DNA of 62,350 nucleotides, counting the filler, from an uncultured bacterium (lineage in GTDB: Bacteria > CAYSBA01), in the NCBI GenBank assembly GCA_964429075.1. It is 12 parts of 12 records of this genome, joined end to end, with 100 filler letters (N's around TTAATTAATTAA, not from the genome) between each part and the next. Parts side by side here need not be neighbours in the genome. Positions count along the whole stretch, not along the records: positions 31,605 to 36,698 come from CAYSBA010000119.1; positions 36,799 to 41,884 come from CAYSBA010000120.1; 10 more parts are not named here. The stretch is one strand, 5' to 3'. Made by a program: the position numbers and the translations under genes. The notes below the pieces were generated by a model, which worked only from the letters and a program-made list of their open reading frames with translations, was not told where the DNA came from and made no database searches. Below, piece after piece: positions 31,675 through 41,984 of the stretch (position 1 is the stretch's first letter; the number at the start of each line of letters is the position of its first letter).

Positions 31675-32454
31675 TTAGCTATCCTTAAATTCTGGTTTTC
31701 TTTTCTCCACAAAGGCAGTTATCCCCTCCTTTGCATCATCAGTAGTAAATATGGAGGCAAAGGCCTCTATCTCCATCAGGATCTGTTTTCGTGTAATATC
31801 CATTGCAGAAGTAATTACACGCTTTGCTGCCTTCACTGCCTGTGGCCCGGATGAGGCTATTTTCTGAGCAAGTTCTGTTGTCTCTTGCAGCAATCTATCT
31901 GATGGCACGACCTTCTGAACAAGACCCATCTTATACGCTTCATCTGCATCGTAGTGTCTGCCAGAGAATATCATCTCTTTTGCTCTGTATGGACCAACCG
32001 CCTGCATCAATCTGAGACAGCCACCAAAACCTGGAATTATTCCAAGATTTACCTCTGGCTGTCCGAATTTTGCATTCTGTGATGCATAGATTATGTCACA
32101 ACTGAGAGCAAGCTCACAACCTCCGCCAAGTGCATAACCATTTACTGCAGCAATAAATACAAGGTGAGACATCTCGATGGTCGTCATCAATTCGTGTCCC
32201 ATCTTCGAAAATTTTATCGCATCCTGACGATTAAAGGTGCTCATCTGTTTTATATCAGCACCTGCTACGAAGGCCTTATTACCTGCACCGGTTAATATTA
32301 CCACCCTTAGATCACTATCCTGTTCTGCCTTTTTAATTGCATCGTATAACTCTTTTACAGTAGGGACATTCAAGGCATTTAGTGACTCTTTGCGATTTAT
32401 GGTCAGGAAAAGGATATTAGCTTTTTTTTCGTAGATTAGGTTCTCAAAAGACAT
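31675..32454 (-). CDS. crt: Enoyl-CoA hydratase (crotonase)
   Basis: LNALN, AFVAGADI, AVNGYALGGGCELAL.CD, FGQPEVNLGIIPGFGG. ATG at 32454 has a GGAGG SD. Confidence 0.92.
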   Translation of the reverse strand: MSFENLIYEKKANILFLTINRKESLNALNVPTVKELYDAIKKAEQDSDLRVVILTGAGNKAFVAGADIKQMSTFNRQDAIKFSKMGHELMTTIEMSHLVFIAAVNGYALGGGCELALSCDIIYASQNAKFGQPEVNLGIIPGFGGCLRLMQAVGPYRAKEMIFSGRHYDADEAYKMGLVQKVVPSDRLLQETTELAQKIASSGPQAVKAAKRVITSAMDITRKQILMEIEAFASIFTTDDAKEGITAFVEKRKPEFKDS

Positions 32455-32467
32455 ACTAACCTCCATT

Positions 32468-33316
32468 TTATGAGTACTCATAAAATCCCCTGCCACTCTT
32501 TCTCCCAAGATAACCTGCCTGAACATACTGTTTCAGGAGAGGGCAGGGTGCATATCTCTGATCACCAAGACCCCTATACAGGACCTCGAGTATATAGAGA
32601 CAGGTGTCGAGACCAATCAGATCTGCAAGTGCAAGTGGCCCCATTGGGTGATTACACCCAAACTTCATTGCCTTATCTATATCCTCCACACTTGCTACAC
32701 CTTCCATAAGGGCCCGTACTGCCTCGTTGATCATCGGCATAAGGATTCGGTTTACTATAAATCCTGGATAATCCTGTGAGTGTACGACAATCTTGCCAAG
32801 TTGCTCTATATAATCATTTACTCTTTTTGTTGTCTCTTCAGAGGTTGCTATTGAACTGATAACCTCAACAAGTTTCATTACAGGGACAGGATTCATAAAG
32901 TGCATACCAACCACCTTATGTGGCCTCTTTGTTGCAGTTGCAAGAGATATTATTGGAATTGAAGATGTATTTGTGGCAAGGATACAGTCATCCTTGCATA
33001 TAGCATCGAGCCTGGAAAACATTTCTCTTTTTATATTTTCATTCTCAATCACAGCTTCAACAACAAGATCTACATCAGAAATTTCATCGAGACTGTTTAC
33101 AACAGTAAGATTACTAAGGGTATCATCCATTTGTGATTCTGTTATCCTGCCCTTTTCGAGCGCTCTATTTAGATTCTTCTCTATATAGGACATACCTTTT
33201 TTTATGGCATCTGGACTTGCGTCATAAACAGATACTCTATATCCAGATTGTGCAAACACCTGGGCAATCCCAGATCCCATCTGACCAAATCCAACAACAG
33301 CTATCTTATCTTTCAT
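32468..33316 (-). CDS. hbd: 3-hydroxybutyryl-CoA dehydrogenase
   Basis: VVG.GQMGSGIAQV, EAVIE, ATNTSSI, GMHFMNPVPVMKLVE, NHPMGPL.LADLIGLD. Confidence 0.95.
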   Translation of the reverse strand: MKDKIAVVGFGQMGSGIAQVFAQSGYRVSVYDASPDAIKKGMSYIEKNLNRALEKGRITESQMDDTLSNLTVVNSLDEISDVDLVVEAVIENENIKREMFSRLDAICKDDCILATNTSSIPIISLATATKRPHKVVGMHFMNPVPVMKLVEVISSIATSEETTKRVNDYIEQLGKIVVHSQDYPGFIVNRILMPMINEAVRALMEGVASVEDIDKAMKFGCNHPMGPLALADLIGLDTCLYILEVLYRGLGDQRYAPCPLLKQYVQAGYLGRKSGRGFYEYS

Positions 33317-33449
33317 ATTTCCCTCATTTTTTGGTTTCTAAGAACAATACAACCAAGTGACGAATTTATCAACCCTTCATCTATATGTTCTAAAATATCT
33401 TATTATATCTTATTATATATCGGAAGTTACATCGTTATGATCCGGCCTA

Positions 33450-35297
33450 TTACTGACCGGTAGTACAGAGCGGGATATTTTGATTACATTCTGATGAGGT
33501 GTTACACCCAATTATACAGGCAGCATTTCCGCTTGGGAGCTGATAACAGAATCCACCCATCGAACAACTGTCTGTTGTTGTACAATCTTCCACACAAAAA
33601 CAGTTGTTGCCATCTGTAGTTACACCAATATATCCAGTAGGACAGTTTGTAGTGCTACAATCCTGTGTATAGCAGAGACCGTTGTAGGCATCTGTAACAC
33701 ATATCTTTTGATTGTTAGATAGCTGATAGCAATATAACCCATTTGGACAATCCTGATCTGTATCACAGCTCTTTGCACAGGCCCCATTCCCACTTGAAAG
33801 GGTTATGCATGTCTCTGTCTGATCCTGACATGATCCCTGGGTCTGAGGATTGCAGCTATCCATACATACACCATTTTGAGTGTATGGTGAAAAACTAACA
33901 CATATCCTGTTGTCTAAACACATCCCATTGTTTCCTCCACAGATACCCTGATCTCCCACATTTCTCTGTTCTAAAAACATACATTTACCTGAAACACATA
34001 CAAGATTATTTGGACAATCGGTATCGGTACTACATAGTGTTGTACAGCCACCATTACCACTCTGAAGACTTATACAGGTTTCATTCAGGCCACATCCCTG
34101 ACCGGTGGATGGTACACATGTATTAAGACAAACTCCACGATCGATTTGATCACTAAAATAGACACATAGACCGCTCTGACAGTCGCTGTTTGTCTGGCAC
34201 AATGAATAATTTGTGCCATCTAAGACTGCTGAAACACAACTACCATTTTTACATCTTTCATATCCAGAACAATCAGAATCTATAGAGCAACCACCCTGTT
34301 GTGAGGGAACACAGACACCCTGCTGACAGACAAAACCACTCTGACAATCTGCATTGCTCTGACATTGTGATTGTGATTGTTGACACTGTCCTGACTGACA
34401 GACATAACCAGAAGGACAGTCAGAATCACTCTGACATTGATTCTGAGCCTGCTGACATTGACCATTCTGACAGACATATCCACCTGGACAATCGGCATCG
34501 GACTGACATCCCTGAGTGACCCATCCTGAGGGGAGGCACAGAAAGTTCTGATAGCATATCATACCTGAGGTGCATTCAGAATCCATGCTACATTTTTTAT
34601 AGCAGAAGTAGAGGGTCTGACCATTTTGATCTTTCAGGATACCCTGACAGGTCTCACCGTTTGCACAATCCTGTTGACCGCCACACTGGTTAAGACAGAG
34701 TCCATCCCCATTGCTTGCAATAATACAGGACTGATTTGATGGACAAGACTGAGATTGTTGACTGCACAGAGTTGTACCGCTGTTACCCTGAGACAAAACA
34801 CATTGACCTGCCTCACAAACATAGCCTGATGGACAATCATAATCTGACAGGCAACCACCCTGGGCAACACACTGCCCCTGATCACACACATAACCAGAGG
34901 GGCAATCAAGATTGGTTGAACATCCTGTCTGTTGTGGTGTACATTGACCGTTGTCACAAACATACCCTGCATTACAGTCAGCATCACTGCTGCAACTTCC
35001 TGCAGGTACACACTTGCCCTCGCTGCACTTAAAACCACTGTTACAATCTGAATTGGTCTCGCAGGGTTTGACCTCAATTTCACACCTTCCGTTTGAACAA
35101 ACCTGTCCAAGTTCACACTCAAAGTCGGAATTACATTGAGGATCTGAACATTTACCAAAGTTACATATCTTGCCTTCTGGACAATCTGCATCGATTAGAC
35201 ATGTATTTTGATCTTCAGGCACAGACCCTTTGTGTCCACATCCATCTATGATAAAGGATAAACATAATATTAACATAACTACAAAAAAATTTTTCAT
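33450..35297 (-). CDS. Cysteine-rich repeat lipoprotein (myxobacterial type)
   Basis: Lipobox IDGC and many CxxDxDCxxGxxCxxGxC repeats. Confidence 0.8.
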   Translation of the reverse strand: MKNFFVVMLILCLSFIIDGCGHKGSVPEDQNTCLIDADCPEGKICNFGKCSDPQCNSDFECELGQVCSNGRCEIEVKPCETNSDCNSGFKCSEGKCVPAGSCSSDADCNAGYVCDNGQCTPQQTGCSTNLDCPSGYVCDQGQCVAQGGCLSDYDCPSGYVCEAGQCVLSQGNSGTTLCSQQSQSCPSNQSCIIASNGDGLCLNQCGGQQDCANGETCQGILKDQNGQTLYFCYKKCSMDSECTSGMICYQNFLCLPSGWVTQGCQSDADCPGGYVCQNGQCQQAQNQCQSDSDCPSGYVCQSGQCQQSQSQCQSNADCQSGFVCQQGVCVPSQQGGCSIDSDCSGYERCKNGSCVSAVLDGTNYSLCQTNSDCQSGLCVYFSDQIDRGVCLNTCVPSTGQGCGLNETCISLQSGNGGCTTLCSTDTDCPNNLVCVSGKCMFLEQRNVGDQGICGGNNGMCLDNRICVSFSPYTQNGVCMDSCNPQTQGSCQDQTETCITLSSGNGACAKSCDTDQDCPNGLYCYQLSNNQKICVTDAYNGLCYTQDCSTTNCPTGYIGVTTDGNNCFCVEDCTTTDSCSMGGFCYQLPSGNAACIIGCNTSSECNQNIPLCTTGQ

Positions 35298-35396
35298 AAC
35301 TACTCCATGTTTTTATTTACTTAGGCTCTTTATTATATTATGCTTTTTTATTCAATGCTGGCTATCTGTTATTTGTTCCTGGATTTGCTCACAACT

Positions 35397-36626
35397 CTAT
35401 TTTTTATTGTTTTTTATTAGCTCCAACTGTTTCAGTCCATCATTCAACATCTTTTTTTGAAATTCTGATGTTGCCAGCTTCTCAAGACGCCTGTACCACT
35501 CCTTTGCATCTTTGATCCTTCCTGCCATCGCATAGGTGTTTGCAATCTGATAACCATAGTTAAACTTCATTTCCTTACCTTTTTCATTGTTAAATATATA
35601 CCTTAACAATTCAGTTGCAGAATCCACATCCTGCAGCTGACTCAGGATCCCTGCATAAACGCTCAGGTTCCCAATATTTGCTCCGTTTTTCTTTAATTCT
35701 TTGACAATCTCTTTTATATAAGAAATTGCCTTTTCTTTACCCTCAAGTTCCATAACTAGCATAGCTATTCGATGATCCAGGAAGCCTGACTGTTCTTTAA
35801 AGAGCTTTCTCATTTCAAGAAGGGTTGAAAGGGCCTGTTTCTTTTTACCGAGACTTGCAAGGAGGCTGACATAGGAGTTATAGAAATATTGATTTTTCAT
35901 CCCTGCTTCTATCAATGCTTTGTAGTATCGTGCAGCCTTTTCGAGGCCATCTTTTTTGTTTTCATATCCTGCTGCAAGCAAAACCAGACGGCTCTTTTCT
36001 GGTAGATCTTTTCTGGCCTCATATTCCTTTAATTTTTTATCAAGTAACCCCTTTTCCTTCCAGTACTGAACAAGCATCTTGGAGACATTTTGAATCTGCC
36101 AGGGTTGTACCTCTTTCATCTGAAGGATAGATAGGGCTATCTTTTCTGCCTCTTTTTCCGAGCCTATCTCAATAAGGGTCCTGAGCAGACTCATACCGAA
36201 GTTAATCTTGCTATCCGGTGTGGCTGTCATTTTGAAAAGCCTGCGATAATTATCTGCTGCATGTAGCATGTCTTTTTTTTCTACATACAATCTTGCGTAG
36301 AGTTGATATATCTGTTGTAAGCAACTGATCTGTTTGTCTTTTTTTCTCTTTTCACACAACTCTTTTGCAACTCTAAGCTCATCTTCTGCCTTACTGTACA
36401 TCTTGTAGTTGAGATGGATATTTGCAAGATCGTAATGATAGCCTACAAGGTCAATATTCTCAGCGATTGAGTTTGAAACCTCTTTGTCTCTTTTAAGGGT
36501 ATCTTTTTCTTGTTTTTTTACATTAGATGTCTCTTTTTGTTCTCTATTTGATTCACAGGCTACAACAAAAATAAGAGTCAGAAACAGGATCGTGATCCTA
36601 TTTAGCCTCATGACAATCTCCCTCAT
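35397..36626 (-). CDS. TPR-like helical repeat lipoprotein
   Basis: Lipobox VVAC and helical repeats (YYKALIEAG, YQIANTYAMAGRIKDAKEWY). Real start may be the second Met. Confidence 0.65.
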   Translation of the reverse strand: MREIVMRLNRITILFLTLIFVVACESNREQKETSNVKKQEKDTLKRDKEVSNSIAENIDLVGYHYDLANIHLNYKMYSKAEDELRVAKELCEKRKKDKQISCLQQIYQLYARLYVEKKDMLHAADNYRRLFKMTATPDSKINFGMSLLRTLIEIGSEKEAEKIALSILQMKEVQPWQIQNVSKMLVQYWKEKGLLDKKLKEYEARKDLPEKSRLVLLAAGYENKKDGLEKAARYYKALIEAGMKNQYFYNSYVSLLASLGKKKQALSTLLEMRKLFKEQSGFLDHRIAMLVMELEGKEKAISYIKEIVKELKKNGANIGNLSVYAGILSQLQDVDSATELLRYIFNNEKGKEMKFNYGYQIANTYAMAGRIKDAKEWYRRLEKLATSEFQKKMLNDGLKQLELIKNNKK

Positions 36627-36698
36627 TATATAAACATACGTTCACATTGTCACAAACAACAAAAATTTCAAGTCAGGATCTGGAGATAACAGTTAAGA

Positions 36699-36798
36699 NN
36701 NNNNNNNNNNNNNNNNNNNNNNNNNNNNNNNNNNNNNNNNNNTTAATTAATTAANNNNNNNNNNNNNNNNNNNNNNNNNNNNNNNNNNNNNNNNNNNN
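36699..36798. other. Artificial contig linker
   Basis: N44-TTAATTAATTAA-N44. Confidence 0.99.
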
Positions 36799-38004
36799 CT
36801 TTTCTATAAGGCTATACAGATGTCTAAATAGATTTCGTGTAAATTGAATTATCCTTTTTTCACTCCTGTAATTAATCTCCAGAGGGATAACCTTAGGCTC
36901 CGGTGCTGTTACAAATCTTTCTTTTCCTGTTATTAGGTCTCTTAGAATTGTATAATCTGTTCCCCTAAAACCATAGATTGCCTGTTTTTTGTCGCCCACT
37001 ATACAGAGAGTGCCCTCTGCATGAGATAGTGCCTCATCTATAATTAAACGTAAAAAGTTCCACTGGAGCCTTGATGTATCCTGAAACTCATCAATAAAGA
37101 TGTGGCGCAATTTTACACCAAGCCTGACATATGATGAGGTTATATTAAAGCTTTCCACCATCCTTTTGTTTGCAAAGTAGATGCGCGATAAAAGTATATC
37201 ACCCTTTTGTTTTTCAATCTTATAGAAGACTTTGTTGTAAATCCTGTCTAAGATCAGTGAAGATAGGGTCTTTTTAACAAACGAAGGAAAATTTTTCTTT
37301 ATGTATGAATTACTATTCGATTTAAGTATGTCAAGAACTTTTAAAAATCTTTCGTAATCAAAATTGCCATATAAAGATTTATTTTTTTGTATGAATTTAT
37401 TCAAAAAACTATTAAGATAATAAAGGATAGAATTTTCTATCTCTATTTTTAAACTATCAATACTTTCCAAAAGATCAGTTGTAAATCGCTGTAGAGAGGA
37501 GTCATGATTATCTCTTGATAACTCATAATAGAATGCCTCTTTAAAAAGCTCTTTTGCATAAGAATCAAAGATTATTCTATAATCCAGAAATGATTTTTCA
37601 TAGGGCAAAAGGCTTTTGTAAACCTCAGACGCAAAGCTGTCTATGGTGCTGACTCGTAAAAAATTTTTTCCATTTATGAGTGATTCGAGCAGATTCTTTG
37701 CCTTGTGGGCTACTAGGTCTATGTTGTTACCAAATTCATTAAGAAGAGTTTTTATTTCTTCAGATTGTAAGTCTTTCTCTTCAAGACTTTTCTGTGCAAT
37801 TTTAACAAGCCATTGATAGATTCGTTCCTTCATCTCTTTTGCAGCATTGTTGGTAAATGTAATTGCAAGTATGTTTTCTGGGTTGCTGTATGGAATAGCT
37901 TCTGAAAGAAGGAATCTTACTATCCTTGATGTGAGTCTATATGTCTTGCCAGTGCCTGCTGATGCATCGAGGATAATAAATTTATCTACTGACAACATTT
38001 TCAA
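36799..38004 (-). CDS. AddA/RecB-like UvrD-family helicase, N-terminal part (3'-truncated)
   Basis: ASAGTGKTY.L, ILAITFTN.AA.EMKERI, STIDSF, IDEFQDTS..QW, VGD.KQAIY.FRG, NYRS. Confidence 0.9.
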
Positions 38005-38006
38005 CC

Positions 38007-39080
38007 CTACACATTAAATTTTATATGTAAGATATCTCCGTCCTGAACAATATAGTCTTTGCCTTCAAGTCTCAACAGACCCTTTTGTCTTGCCTCCTTG
38101 AGACTCCCTATTTTTATGAATTCTTCAAAACCAATTACCTCAGCCCTGATAAATCCCCGTTCCAGATCTGAGTGGATCTTACCAGCTGCCTTTTTTGCGT
38201 TTGTACCACGTTTTATAGGCCAGGCCTTTACTTCATCACTGCCAACAGTAAAAAAACTTATAAGATCAAGGGAGTCAAATATAGCCTTTGTGAGCCTTGC
38301 ACTTGATGACTCTTCTATCCCGAGTTCCTGCATAAATTCTACTCTCTCTTCTTGATCAAGCTCCATTATTTCTGACTCAAGCCTTCCGCAGAGTACAATA
38401 AGATTCGAATCATTAATTTCTATTGCTTTTTTAATTTTATCTTCTATTTCTCTGGTATTAGGAAGATCTTTTTCATCAATATTTATTACATGAATAATTG
38501 GTTTTATACTAAGAAATTGATATTTCTTTAATGTATCTTTAAATCTATCTTCAAGATTCAAATCAACCAATCTTCTGCCATTTTCGAGGTGATCCTGCAT
38601 TATTGTTAACATCTCAAGATCAAGAGGATCAATCTTTTTCCCCTTTTTCTTCTGGTCGTTTATCCTTTCGATCCTTTTTTCTATAAGGATCATATCGTTG
38701 AGTATCAAAAGGTCTGTAAATTCAACAATATCTTTTTGGGGATCAATATCCCGCATGTATGGTGCATTCTCTGATTCGAATGACCTTACCACGTTTACAA
38801 TTACATCTGCATCAAGTAGGACTTTAATAAACCTTGATTCACCCTCTTTGCCCCATTCAAGTCCTGGAATATCCCACATTTCAATAGTGGCTGGGGTTGT
38901 CTTTTGTGGATTGAATATCTCAGAAAGACGATATAGTCGATGATCTATCACTTTCATTCTCGCCTCGTTTATATCCGCATCAGGCATACCGGTTGGTGTA
39001 GTCTTTATTCCTGTCCCACACAGGGCATTGAACAGTGTTGTTTTACCTGTGTTTAAAAATCCTGCAAGTACTGCCTTCAT
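38007..39080 (-). CDS. ychF: YchF/Ola1-family ATPase (divergent N-terminus)
   Basis: G..N.GKTTLFNAL, VVR.F, LISFFTVG..EVKAW, AAGKIHSDLERGFIRAEV, EGKDYIVQDGD. Confidence 0.85.
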   Translation of the reverse strand: MKAVLAGFLNTGKTTLFNALCGTGIKTTPTGMPDADINEARMKVIDHRLYRLSEIFNPQKTTPATIEMWDIPGLEWGKEGESRFIKVLLDADVIVNVVRSFESENAPYMRDIDPQKDIVEFTDLLILNDMILIEKRIERINDQKKKGKKIDPLDLEMLTIMQDHLENGRRLVDLNLEDRFKDTLKKYQFLSIKPIIHVINIDEKDLPNTREIEDKIKKAIEINDSNLIVLCGRLESEIMELDQEERVEFMQELGIEESSSARLTKAIFDSLDLISFFTVGSDEVKAWPIKRGTNAKKAAGKIHSDLERGFIRAEVIGFEEFIKIGSLKEARQKGLLRLEGKDYIVQDGDILHIKFNV

Positions 39081-39083
39081 ATT

Positions 39084-40481
39084 TTACTCCTTTTTTATTG
39101 TACCCTTTGCAATTTTGTTAAGATCAAATACATTTTTTAAATTAATACCAAGCTCATTAGCTGCCTCGACAATTGTAAGACCATTTTCTTTCGCATAGTC
39201 CACAAGCTCAGCAGTCCTATCATATCCGATAAGTGGTGCAAGAACTGTTGCACTCATCAATGTAGCTTGTGCATATCTTTTCATCTTTTTCATATCAGGC
39301 TCAATCCCTGAAAGACATCTATCATTGAAGAGATTGAGACACATCGATACAACCTTTATCTGCTCCAGCAGTGCAAATATTATAAGAGGTTTTGCTGTGT
39401 TCAGCTGAAAATGGGACTCAGTATTTGCCCACATAACTATATGATGCATACCGCGTGCATAGAGGCAACCCATAATCACAGATTCAGACTGTGTTGGGTT
39501 TACCTTACCGGGCATGATGGAACTGCCAGGTTCATTTGCAGGGATTTTTAGCTCTGATAATCCGCACCTTGGGCCTGATGCCATCCATCGAATATCATCA
39601 GCAAGTTTGAAAAGGGCCTGGGAACATCTTTCGATCGAAGAAGAGAGAGATAACAGTGGATCATGTGAGGACATAAGGTAAGACTTTGTAGACGCAGGTT
39701 TTAAAGGAATATGTAACATCTCAGATAGTATCTTACAGATATTACTGTCAAAACCATATGCTGTATTTATTCCGGTCCCTACAGCTGTACCACCAAGTGG
39801 TAGCTCAAAAAGTTCTCGTAAGGCATCTTTTATCTTTTTTTCTGCTGTCTTTATTCTTGCAAGATGTGACTCAAGTTCCATTCCGAAGGTAATTGGAAGG
39901 GCATCCATAAGATGTGTCCTTCCACACTTTATAACATCGCTCCATCTTCTGCTTTGATTTTTTAAGGTCTTTTTTATCTTTGACAATGCAGGGATCAGTG
40001 ATCTATGTGTTTCCAGTATGGCAGCTATATGCATTGCAGCAGGGAATACATCGTTTGTGGATTGACCCATATTAACGTGATCATTGGGATGGATAAATCC
40101 CTTTGTAACCCTTTTACCATCTGCAATTTCATTTGCAAGGGTGCTGATGGCCTCATTTACGTTCATATTTGTCTGTGTTCCACTACCAGATTGAAAAACA
40201 CCAAGACGAAAATATTTATATGGTTTTTCCTGTAGTATCTTTTCTGCTGCCTTTTTTATAAGACTACACCTTCTTGCATCAAGCCTTTTAAGTCGTTTGT
40301 TGGTTTCAGCAGCAGCTATCTTTATATACAGAAGTGCTTCGATGATTGGCCAAGGAATTAGAGGATGGTCGGGAAAGTTTTCCATAGCCCTTTTTGTTTG
40401 AGCACCATAAAGTACATCGAAAGGAACTTCTATTCCACCAAGGGTGTCTTTTTCTGTTCTTTTATTTTCCATTATAGGCAC
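39084..40481 (-). CDS. fumC: Class II fumarate hydratase
   Basis: Q.GSGTQTNMNVNE, HPNDHVNMGQSTND.FP, GRTHLMDA.P, GSSIMPGKVNPTQ.E. Confidence 0.92.
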   Translation of the reverse strand: MPIMENKRTEKDTLGGIEVPFDVLYGAQTKRAMENFPDHPLIPWPIIEALLYIKIAAAETNKRLKRLDARRCSLIKKAAEKILQEKPYKYFRLGVFQSGSGTQTNMNVNEAISTLANEIADGKRVTKGFIHPNDHVNMGQSTNDVFPAAMHIAAILETHRSLIPALSKIKKTLKNQSRRWSDVIKCGRTHLMDALPITFGMELESHLARIKTAEKKIKDALRELFELPLGGTAVGTGINTAYGFDSNICKILSEMLHIPLKPASTKSYLMSSHDPLLSLSSSIERCSQALFKLADDIRWMASGPRCGLSELKIPANEPGSSIMPGKVNPTQSESVIMGCLYARGMHHIVMWANTESHFQLNTAKPLIIFALLEQIKVVSMCLNLFNDRCLSGIEPDMKKMKRYAQATLMSATVLAPLIGYDRTAELVDYAKENGLTIVEAANELGINLKNVFDLNKIAKGTIKKE

Positions 40482-40575
40482 CTCCAGTTTTATAAGGCTA
40501 TTAGTTTACAACTTTAATTGCAAATTGTCATGTACTTATGGAAAGAATCAGGATCAATATTTTAGATGATTATTA

Positions 40576-40603
40576 TTGATTTTTTCGCTTTATCTTGTAT
40601 AAT
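40576..40603 (+). promoter_or_regulatory. Putative sigma70 promoter, probably producing a leaderless mRNA
   Basis: TTGATT-N16-TATAAT ending 7 nt before ATG 40611, with no SD. Confidence 0.45.
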
Positions 40604-40610
40604 GCCTCAC

Positions 40611-41726
40611 ATGAAGGTCCTTGTAACAGGTGGAGCTGGCTTTATTGGAAGTCATCTGGTAGACAGACTTGTTGAACAGGGTCACAGAGTAAGAATCCTT
40701 GATAACCTCAGGAAACCTGTTCACACCAACAGAATACCGGATTATTTAAATAAAGAGGCAGAATTTCTATATGGCGATGTAAGACTGAAATCAGACTGGG
40801 AAAGGGCCCTTAAGGATATTGATGTGGTATTTCACCTTGCTGCATATCAGGACTATCTTCAGGATTTTTCTACCTTTTTTCATACAAACACTGTAGGCAC
40901 TGCCATTTTGTTTGAAGTTGCGGTGGAAAGGGGGCTTGAGTTTCATAGGATTATTATAGGCTCTTCTCAGGCAGTCTATGGTGAAGGTAAGTACATATGC
41001 CAGAAGGATGGCATCCAGTATCCTGACATCAGATTAAAAAAAGACCTCGATCAGGGCAGGTGGGATATACTTTGCCCGATATGTGGAGAAAAGATGGATC
41101 CTGACTGGACAGATGAATCGAGGGTAAATCCAGTCAATCAGTATGCAATGAGCAAATATACTCAAGAGATGATAGCCTTTTCTATGGCCAAGAGATACAA
41201 CTTCCCTGTAACAGCACTCAGATTCTCAATCGTTCAGGGACCAAGACAATCATTCTATAATGCCTATTCAGGTGCATGCAGGATATTCTCATTGAGCTGT
41301 TTTTTTGATAGGGCCCCTGTGGTCTTTGAAGATGGCATGCAGATACGCGATTTTGTAAACATTGAGGATGTGATTGATGCATGCATGATAGTGATGGATC
41401 ATCCAGATGCACCCGGCAGATCCTTCAATGTGGGCAGTGGTAAAAAGTACAGGATCATTGATTTTGCAAGGATGGTGATAGAAGAATTTGGGAAGGATTT
41501 TGAGCCCGTAGTTCCGGGTAAATATAGATTTGGTGATACAAGACACATCTTTTCAGACATATCGGCAATCAAAAAGCTCGGTTATAATCCAAAAAGAGAT
41601 GCAAAATACAGTATAAAAAAATATCGTGAGTATATAGAATCAGATCGTAAAAGTCTAGATGATTATGCCACCCTTTTCCTTGAGCAGATGGAGAAGATGG
41701 GGGTAGTCCTTTCTGTTAAGAAATGA
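40611..41726 (+). CDS. NAD-dependent epimerase/dehydratase (extended SDR; dTDP-rhamnose 4-epimerase-like)
   Basis: MKVLVTGGAGFIGSH, SS.AVYGEG, YAMSK, FEDG.Q.RDFV, R.GD.RH. Contains a Cys-bearing insert (C..D...CPICG). Confidence 0.88.
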   Translation: MKVLVTGGAGFIGSHLVDRLVEQGHRVRILDNLRKPVHTNRIPDYLNKEAEFLYGDVRLKSDWERALKDIDVVFHLAAYQDYLQDFSTFFHTNTVGTAILFEVAVERGLEFHRIIIGSSQAVYGEGKYICQKDGIQYPDIRLKKDLDQGRWDILCPICGEKMDPDWTDESRVNPVNQYAMSKYTQEMIAFSMAKRYNFPVTALRFSIVQGPRQSFYNAYSGACRIFSLSCFFDRAPVVFEDGMQIRDFVNIEDVIDACMIVMDHPDAPGRSFNVGSGKKYRIIDFARMVIEEFGKDFEPVVPGKYRFGDTRHIFSDISAIKKLGYNPKRDAKYSIKKYREYIESDRKSLDDYATLFLEQMEKMGVVLSVKK

Positions 41727-41884
41727 TCTCTGATCTTGAGTTTAACAACTTTTTAAACTGGTTTTTATCTACAGAACTTGGATACAGATATTCTTTGGAT
41801 GATTTTTTGATACAGTCTGGGTTGCTGCCCTTCTTTTATAAAAGTATTATAAATTACAGAGGGTCACTGATTGTAGATATAGAC
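41723..41884 (+). CDS. Hypothetical protein, 3'-truncated
   Basis: ATGA overlap with the epimerase stop; frame open to the contig end. Confidence 0.45.
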
Positions 41885-41984
41885 NNNNNNNNNNNNNNNN
41901 NNNNNNNNNNNNNNNNNNNNNNNNNNNNTTAATTAATTAANNNNNNNNNNNNNNNNNNNNNNNNNNNNNNNNNNNNNNNNNNNN
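41885..41984. other. Artificial contig linker
   Basis: N44-TTAATTAATTAA-N44. Confidence 0.99.

Noticed and set aside
33450..35297. Cys-rich ORF as multiheme cytochrome or CRISPR-like DNA repeats
   Set aside because: No CXXCH motifs. The DNA repeats are degenerate coding repeats without unique spacers.
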